Positions 48,660 to 64,000 of a stretch of 64,000 nucleotides of DNA are shown here, in pieces. Source of the DNA: the human T2T-CHM13v2.0 reference genome, Homo sapiens; the NCBI RefSeq assembly GCF_009914755.1, contig NC_060925.1. The stretch is one strand, 5' to 3'. Numbering within the stretch: the first letter of the stretch is position 1; every line of letters begins with the position of its first letter. A program made the position numbers and the translations under genes. The notes beneath the pieces are model-generated. The model saw only the letters and a program-made list of their open reading frames with translations, did no database searches and was not told the DNA's origin.

Positions 48660-50021
48660 GACAAAAAGGGCATGTTCTAATGCTAAGCATAAAAATGGAC
48701 AGTTTCCCCCATGTCTTTGGGTCCTCATTCTGAAGGCTCTGTGCCACATAAAACTATAATCAAATAAATTTGTCATGCTTCTTTCTTGTTAACTTGTCTT
48801 TGTTACAGGCTTGTTAGCCATGACCCTTATGACAGAGAGGAAAGAGATTACCCTTTCTGCCCCTACAATCCCTATTTTATGGATAGGAAAACTGAGGCCC
48901 AGAGAGGAGAAATTTCGTGTCCCAGGTCACACAGCTCCAGAGGTATTCAGGTTCTGGAAAGTGGATCTGGAGGTGTGCTTGTGGGAGAGAATTCACTGCA
49001 TGAAACTAGGCTGTGGCTATTTGAGAGCTGAAGGATAAAACAGTAGAAGTAAAGACAGTGGACAGTTATGGCCAGATGCAAAGCCCCTTTTATGTGCTGT
49101 AGGTCCATGAGGCTGTTCTGCCAATATGTTCGTCTGTGGATGAGGAAACAGGCCTGGGAGAATGCTACTTGCCCAAGGCCACCCAGTTGGCTAGTGGTGG
49201 ACCTGGATCCAAGCCTGCTCTTATCTGCTCCACAGTGCTGATATCAAGCAGGGAAGCTGGGGGCCCAGACACTTCTTTCTCTGTCCTGCTCTGCTCAACT
49301 CCTTTCCCCAGTCCAAGTGCTTCCCTGCCCCCCATCCTCAGTCCAGTCTGGGCAGTCTGACAGCATTCTGGCCACCTGGGTAAGGCCCAGTGATGCATGG
49401 TTCCAGGAGCCCGGACCCCTATAACCCTGTGAGCTCTGAACCCTGGAAGGGAGCCTTGTGGGTAGCCTGTGCATCATCAGGCTGCCCTTCCAGCTACCAG
49501 GTTCAGCCCCAAGTAGATCAAGGTCTCCAGCAAGCCTGGATTCCTGGGCAGACCTAAGTCCAGTACCTGAAAGGACTCAAAAGGCTCTGAGCTGGGAGAC
49601 CATCAGCTCAGAGACCAAAAGGAGTCAGGCTCTGAGCTGGGAGAGCATCAGTAAGGGTTTCAGTGGACCTAAAGCAAGAGAAACAATGTGTAGGGCCTGA
49701 GCTGTCTCCAACACCTTCTTTTCTTTTCCCCCCAAACAAGGCCATCATTCACTAGAGGCAGCAAAGCAGCGAAGCACATGGGCGTATTCTGCCTGGGTTC
49801 ACACTTTAACTCTACTGTGTACCAGGTCTTTGTGACCCTGGCAAATTTTGTAACCTCGCCTGACGCTAGTCTCCTCAACTCAAAAGCAGGGTCATGATAT
49901 TCACCTCATAGAGTTGGCAGGAGGAGCGAATGGAATCGTACAAGGAAAGGGCTTACAGTGCCTGGCGTATAGTAACTGCTCAAGAAATGCCAAGTATTAC
50001 TCTATTTCAATTCTTTACTCC

Positions 50022-50190
50022 ACAGCAGGAGTACAGGACATCGGGAGCACGGTGCAGCAGGAGCACAGGGCAATGGGAGCACAATGCAGCAGGAGCACAA
50101 GGTGATGGGAGCACGGTGCAGTAGGAGCACAGAGCAGTGTGAGCACAGAGCAGTGTGAGCACGGTGCAGTGGGAGCACAATGAAGCAGGA
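50022..50190 (+). repeat. 16-bp-period minisatellite (~10.5 units, GAGCAC core)
   Basis: GAG(C/T)AC at 50029, 50045, 50061, 50077, 50093, 50109, 50125, 50141, 50157 and 50173. Confidence 0.95.
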
Positions 50191-51326
50191 CTGATTTCCA
50201 AGACAGATTCACTGCTTTATGGCCTCCTTGGATGAGTCTCACAGAATGAGGAGGAGTTCACCAAGCCTTGAGGAGGGGAAATGACTTTCCAGGCAAAGGG
50301 AACAGTATGTCCAGGGCACAGAGGTGGGAGGGGAGGGGTAAGCTTAGGGAATGGGGCCTCGTCATGCTCTGGGGCTGGTGCACAGGGGACCTGGTGGTGG
50401 CAGATGACATTAGGAAAGCAGAGGTAGAAAGTTGGGTGGGAGGGGGTAGTTTCCCTCTCACTTCAAGCCCAGGGAGGGGGCTTCCAAAAGACTAGTCAGA
50501 GAGTATGTGCTGGGTGTGCCCCAGGACCTATGACCTGGTGTCTGACTCTTGCCTGAGAAGCCAAAGAGAAAGGACTGGCTGAAGCCCCCTAAGGCGGTGG
50601 AGTAGAGGGCTGCGGCCAGAGGGCACCGCACACACAGGTGGCCACAGGAGAGAGAGTCCACCTGGGGCGGCCTCGGATCCAGATCCCAGGAAGTTCTCCT
50701 CTGGTGGCGTGAGGCCTCAGCAGGAAGAAGCTGGAGGCATCTGTGATGTCCTGGGATTGAGGGAGTCATCATGAGCACCTGGCTGGTGGAGACCCATCCA
50801 CCTTCCACAAGGGTGCAGCTGGGAGACCCTGCAGGGACCACCCCCAGGGCCGCAGGCATAAGAATGTGCCAGGTCACACCTTCTCGGTCTAGCTCAGGTC
50901 GGCCTCTACAGTGGGGACAGTGCCGCGCATGCTGACACCAGCCCCACCCCACTCGCCCACCTGGTGTTCCTCCGCTTTCTGCCTCAGGGCTCCCTCTGAA
51001 GCTGGGAGGGCTGCCTAGCCCACTAGCTCAGATGCAGACTGGAGGCACACGCAGCTGACACCCAGTGGGATGCGGGAGCAGTTGAGGAAACCCCGGACTC
51101 TGGTCCAAAAGAAAACAACCCGTTCTGTCTGCCCATTGGGTTTCCTGGAATCTGGACTCCATTACCTAAAGCAGCAACCTCCTTCCTGTCTCACTCGACC
51201 TCCTGGGATCACCTCCCATACAAACTCTGGCACATAGGTCTCTGTCCCAGGCTTTGCGGTGGGGAGCCGGACCAGGACTTCCATGAAAGTGCTCCTCTCA
51301 CCCCCCAAACGAGAAAGAGCGTCAGC

Positions 51327-53538
<2,212 letters not shown>

Positions 53539-53611
53539 ATAACATAGCATCTCATTACCAGGAAATGGAAAAAATAATAATATAAAAATTGACATGGCAA
53601 CTGACATCTTC

Positions 53612-55152
53612 AAACTACAAATTTTTAAACTTTTATTTTCTCCCTATACAGAAGAGATCATTTTTCCGACTTCACTGCCTGACTTCCTGAGGCTGCCCAG
53701 AGTTTGTTGCAGGCTCTGGGCTCAGGGTATGTTCAATTTTCCTGCTTGGAACTGAGAGAAGAACTCAGGTCTTCTTACAGACTGCCAAAGTCCGGCAGGG
53801 CTCTTTTAGAACAGTCATTTCACAGCTAGAGAAACGGAGACCCAGGCCGGGCGCAGTGGCTCATGCCTGTAATCCCAGCACTTTGGGAGGCTGAGGTGGG
53901 TGAATCACGAGGTCAGGAGATCGAGACCATCTTGGCTAATGCGGTGAAACCCCGTCTCTACTAAAAATACAAAAAATAAGCCGGGCGTGGTGGTGGGCGC
54001 CTGTAGTCCCAGCTACTCGGGAGGCTGAGGCAGTAGAATGGCGTGAACTCAGAAGGTGGGGCTTGCAGTGAGCCGAGATCACGCCACTGCCCTCCAGCCT
54101 GGGCGACAGAGTGAGACTCTGCCTCAAAAAAAAAAAAAAAAAAAAAAGAGAGAGAGAAATGGAGACCCAGAGAAATAAAGGGCCTTGCCAAGGCTGCACA
54201 GGCATTTGGCAGCAATTTCATCAGCATCCAGCACACATGGGCTTCGTAATACAATCACCAAGGGAGCCAGTTCTTGAACACAGCCCCTTGATTTTTCTTG
54301 CCAGAGCCCCTTGAACTCCTCTGGAGACTCCTGCCCTCTGCTTGAGATGCTCCTGTAGCTTTTCTTGCTCAGGTGAGAAATAAAATGTGATCCTAAAATC
54401 CCTTTGGTATCTACAGGAGGAGGTTGTGAAGTCTGTAAGTGGTTGTATTCCAGCTTCATTATTTCCCCACCATGCTGGTTCCCCAGGGCTGGTGCCATGA
54501 AGGAGGAAGAGATCAGAGAATCTATGCGGAGAAGGTCTTCTTCTTCCAGTGTGGTTGTAGTTGGCATTGCTGCCTCTGGGTACCAAAGGTACCCAAATGT
54601 TGATTCTGTCTTTGTTGGGCGCTTCTTTGGCTTCCCAGGAAAACTCCCACCAGGGACCTTGCCCTGCATTCCCCAGGAAGGGTGGTGGCACTCTCTAGCT
54701 GATCCCTGTGACCCCTTCCCGTAGGCTTCTGCCACCCTCTCCATTCACCTGCCCTGGGAGGAAACTCCCTTGTGTAGGGTCCTTCTCAGAAGCCTCACAG
54801 TTGCCTTCCTTCCTAAGGTCCCACTTGCCACGCACAAAAATAGTTCCCTACCATCAAGGCAAGAGTGGTCTGCTCTCAGAGCAACTGGTCTGTGAGCTGC
54901 TGGGCCCTCTACGTTGGCAGTGTCTGTCCTTACAACAAACCACAAGGCAGGCATTTTCATTCTTGCTACCTCCTCTTCACAGATGAGTAAACTGAGGCTC
55001 AGACACAGCAAGCAGAACTGGCTGGTATTAGAATCCAAGTCTGCCTGACCCCAAAGGCTTTTTCTATCTTCCACATCAAGGATCCTCTTGGCCAGACTGT
55101 TCATCAGTCTCAAGGTCATTGCTATCATCAACAGCAAATATTTATTAAGTAC
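53612..55152 (-). other. STMN1: 3'UTR of the STMN1 distal terminal exon (contains an Alu at ~53845-54147)
   Basis: Follows the TAG; minus-strand AATAAA at 55141-55146 (proximal) and 53632-53637 (distal). The end is inferred. Confidence 0.55.
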
Positions 55153-55299
55153 CTAGTGATGGTGAGAGAGATCAGACCAGGTAATCAATGCAGATTGGAG
55201 GCCCAGGGCTGGGCAAAGGGCAGGAACAGAGTGGAGACAAGATTGCTCAGCAGAGATCTGTGCTGGGTGGGCCCCAGGCCCGTGAGTCCAGAAGTACAT
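55153..55299 (-). CDS. STMN1: Alternative terminal coding exon of the stathmin 1 long isoform (MYFWTHGPGAHPAQISAEQSCLHSVPALCPALGLQSALITWSDLSHHH*)
   Basis: Strong acceptor tttttctttttcttccag|ATG, then 48 codons and TAG. The peptide is recognised as the C-terminus of the 174-aa STMN1 isoform; upstream exons lie outside the window. Confidence 0.88.
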   Translation of the reverse strand: MYFWTHGPGAHPAQISAEQSCLHSVPALCPALGLQSALITWSDLSHHH

Positions 55300-55385
55300 C
55301 TGGAAGAAAAAGAAAAATCACCAGGTCATCTGCAACCCAGAGGCCAAGGGACAGGAGGTGGAGGGGCCCTTCATCAGGGCTAAAA

Positions 55386-55520
55386 CAGTGGTTCTCAAAC
55401 TTTGCTACAAATGGAATCATCCAGGGATCTTTAAAAAATACTGACACCTGGCCCCCACCCCCAGACATTCTGATCTTGTTGGTATGGGAAGCAACCTAGG
55501 CATCTGGATTTTTAACGAGT
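55386..55520. mobile_element. MER5-like hAT-Charlie fragment
   Basis: cagtggttctcaaactttg…gaatcatccaggg…ccccacccccagacattctgat. Confidence 0.75.
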
Positions 55521-56009
55521 AGGAAAGGTCAGGCAGGAACGGGGTGTGGGGAGGAGGTTTGATAGGAAGAGGTGGTGATGACCTAGGCTCTGGAAGCCTA
55601 AGGTTCTAAGGCAAGGAGGTCAGGGTACTGGGCTGGTGCAAAGTAGGCATGTGACAAATATGAATTGGAGGACAGTGGGAGGGAAGGGCAGAGGGAAGGA
55701 ATGGAAGGAAAAAAAGAAAATCCAAAACTCAGGCAGTGCAGCAAGTTTGAGTCTATTCTCCATCATTAGCTTTCTATGTGACCTTGGAAAAATGGCTTCC
55801 CCTCTCTGGGCTTCATTTGGAAAAGGAGGAGGTTGGATTTGTTGATGATTAAGATCCTTCTGGCCCCAGATTTCTAGGATGCTTAGGCGGGACTCCTTAG
55901 TGGGAGACGAGTGCACCTGCATCCACAGTCCAGCCATGCTCACATGCTGCCATCTCGCCTCTCTCCACCCTCCATGTGCTGCTCCCTTTGTCTGGAACAC
56001 CCCCACCAC

Positions 56010-57414
<1,405 letters not shown>

Positions 57415-58248
57415 CTTGTTGTTGTTGTTGTTGTTGTTTTTTAAAGAGGTTGCCCAGGGGTGGGAGGGGGGTCAGTGAATTTCTGGAGTCAGAAAGCCCT
57501 GGGTTTAAATCTAGCACAACCGCTGGTTAGCTGTGTGACTAGAGCTGCTTTCTTAACCTTCCTATAACATGGGGATAATCAGAACACCTCCGTCAGAGGT
57601 AGAACACAGCACAGTGCTTGGCTCCTAGAAAACACTGAAGAAACATGTTGACTATTTTGATTTGCTAACATCACGAGTGGGTGAGGAGGGCTGTGGGAAT
57701 AGACATGCCATGCCCGACCACCATCACCTGTTCACACCTCATACCCCACCACCCTTGGGATTAAATGAAATGCAATTGCCCATAAGTCAGGCTGGCTTCT
57801 TGATTACAGCAGAATGCAAACTCCTCAAGGGTGAGAATCCTTGCTTTATTTGCTGCTAAATTCTCGGCACCTGGGATAGTGCTGGTGCATAGTAGGTCCT
57901 CAATAAATATTTCTTGAATGAATAAACGACTGAACTCTGGGTTGACTAGCTCAGTGTATGGGGTAACCTCATCCTCCTTCCCTAGACCCACGTCCCTCCT
58001 CCAAAAATCTTGAACTCAACATGACTCCATCAGCTATGACTTCATTCAGCAGCAAGCAATGAAAAGCCACAATGGGCCAGGTGTGGTGGCTCAAAAACAG
58101 TGGCTTAAACAAGTAAAATGATCAACTTGCCTAGACTGGTATGTCAGCTCAATGATATTATCAAGGACCCACGATCTATCCATCTCCCTGTCCCAGCCAT
58201 CATGTGACTTTTACCCTGATGATCACAAGATGGCTGCTGTACTTCTAG

Positions 58249-58733
<485 letters not shown>

Positions 58734-59728
58734 AACAACAAAAACAACAAAATAAAACACTTTTCAGGTTTCTGTTATAAGGGAGGAGAGACTCAGTCCT
58801 GGGAGAGCAGCCAGCAAGGTCTGCCATGATGGCCAAATGAAACCATTGTTCCCCTCCATCCATCCCCCCACACCTACTCCTTCTCCAGGCTTGTTTGAGT
58901 AGATGGCACCCCCCTTCACTCAGCTCCCCAAGGGAAAAGCCCAAGAGTCAGCCCTCACTGCATGCCCACATCCAGTCCAACAGCTCCTGTTATCTTCACC
59001 ATGACCTAGATCCTGAATCTAACCATGACCCTCCACCTCACTGTCCAAGCCACTCTCATCTCTCTCCCTTGTGCACTCCGGCTCTCCTTACCGTCCATTC
59101 TCCTCCTGGTGGCTGAAGAATTCTTTACACATGTAATCTGATCACATCACTCCCCCCTTAAAGCCCTTCAAAACTGCATCATGCAGACTATAACCAAACC
59201 CTCGCCCTGGCCCCAGGCTACACAGCTGGACCCTGAGCACCTCCTTGTATGGGGTCCCCTTGCCCACCTCATCCAGCCAAGAGGGCCTCACTTAGGCTCC
59301 TTCCTCACACCTGCTAGTTCCTGCCATCAGGCCTTGGCACTAGCAGTTCCCTTTGCCAGGAACACACTGCACCTGCCCACAGTCATTGTCTGTTATATCA
59401 CCCTTTTCATCCTCACAGCACTCATCCTAATCTCTTTTATAGTCTGTCTTCTCCCCCCAGGATGTAAACAAGGGCAGAGACCTTGTCTGCCTTGTCCATC
59501 GCTGTATCCTCAGGACCTAACACTGCCTGGTAAGTAGGAGGACTGGAGGTGTATTCATTCAATGAATACGTGGATGGAGAGGCTTGTTTCGGGTGGTCTC
59601 TTAGGGAACCTTCTAGCTCTTGAAGATCTAAAGAGAAAGCAGAAGAAGGAGCTTGGGGAAGGGGACGCAACACATGAGGTATGTCCGAAACTGGACTAAC
59701 ATCCCAGCCCTCTTCCCTGATTGCCCAG

Positions 59729-60182
59729 TGTAGGAGATCAGTCAGAGTGGTGGGAGAAACTACAGGGAAAAGGAGCAGGCCTTCTGAAAGGTCAGAGGGC
59801 TCTGCAAAGCTCCAGGAGAGAACAGCTGAAGGCAGCTGTTCCATAACCCTGAGGCAGAGGGCAAGGAGTAGGTACAAGGGAGTGTGGGGGAATTTATCTT
59901 AAACAGGCTTGTTTACTTATGTTGACCAGAAACTGACCTTTGATTATCTGCACATGAAGTTCCCTGAAAGGGGAAGAATAAATGTTAATTACCTACAGGT
60001 TGTGTTGGCTCCAGGTTTCCGGCATTGTGCCTGCACGGAATAAAAGCAAGCAGCCCCAGCTTCTCGGGGCTGCTCTCTGGCCACTAGAGCCAGGTAGTCA
60101 TCTAGCTGCTGTTACACTGCATACCTGTCTGACTACTCATTTCATCCGTAGGTCGGCCAGGGTCTACGGGACACACCCAGCA
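59729..60182 (+). mobile_element. Solo LTR, LTR22-like (HERV-K HML-5, class II)
   Basis: TGTAGGAGATC…CA termini, 454 bp; 6-bp TSD GCCCAG at 59723-59728 and 60183-60188; AATAAA at ~60039. Confidence 0.85.
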
Positions 60183-60480
60183 GCCCAGGAGATCCTGCTA
60201 GGCGAGCGTATCCAGGGACTGAGTCAGAGACCATTTGGAAAAAACTGGAAAGAAGAGGTGAGCACAGGCACTGCCATATTGAGCCCCATGAATTCAAGCC
60301 AGAATGGGACCCCCGCCATCTGGAAAATGGCATTGAGAGAGCAAGCAGCCTGCTGGCTCTGCCTCTAATTAGCAGTGGATGAGTGACCTGACCCTCTCTG
60401 AACCTCAGTTTCCTCATCTATAAAATGGGATAAAAAAGAATAGTATTTACTTCACAAGGTTGTTTTAAGGATTCAATCGG

Positions 60481-64000
<3,520 letters not shown>

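Noticed and set aside
50022-50190. Regularly spaced repeat as a CRISPR-like array
   Set aside because: Eukaryotic minisatellite with no unique spacers and no cas genes
54124-54744. 206-aa minus-strand ORF in the STMN1 distal 3'UTR
   Set aside because: No recognisable similarity; it ends in an Alu poly-T and lies downstream of a stop codon

Overview
Human (primate, Alu-rich) genomic DNA recognisable as the 1p36.11 MTFR1L-AUNIP-PAQR7-STMN1 interval. It contains: the last exon of MTFR1L (+); the complete three-exon AUNIP CDS (-, 357 aa when spliced); the complete PAQR7/mPR-alpha gene (-, single coding exon plus two 5'UTR exons and a CpG-island promoter); and the distal alternative terminal exon of STMN1 (-), which the ORF track misses. 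The window also holds an RPL39 processed pseudogene, a Y1 RNA retrocopy, Tigger1, L1, MLT1, MER21, ERV1-class and LTR22-like LTRs, and dozens of Alus. I found no convincing new protein-coding system, and most ORF-track entries are Alu or GC-rich shadows. The most unusual structures are: (1) a 94-bp inverted copy of the PAQR7 5' CDS just beyond the PAQR7 3' end; (2) a multi-segment templated insertion forming a 79-bp inverted repeat inside an LTR, plus several smaller templated inversions; (3) a minus-strand poly(A) signal embedded in MTFR1L codons; (4) a Y1 RNA and an Alu enclosed by one target-site duplication; (5) a junction-created ATG that reopens the frameshifted RPL39 pseudogene. Repeat subfamily names and gene identities come from recognition, not database searches. 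Repeat boundaries are approximate.
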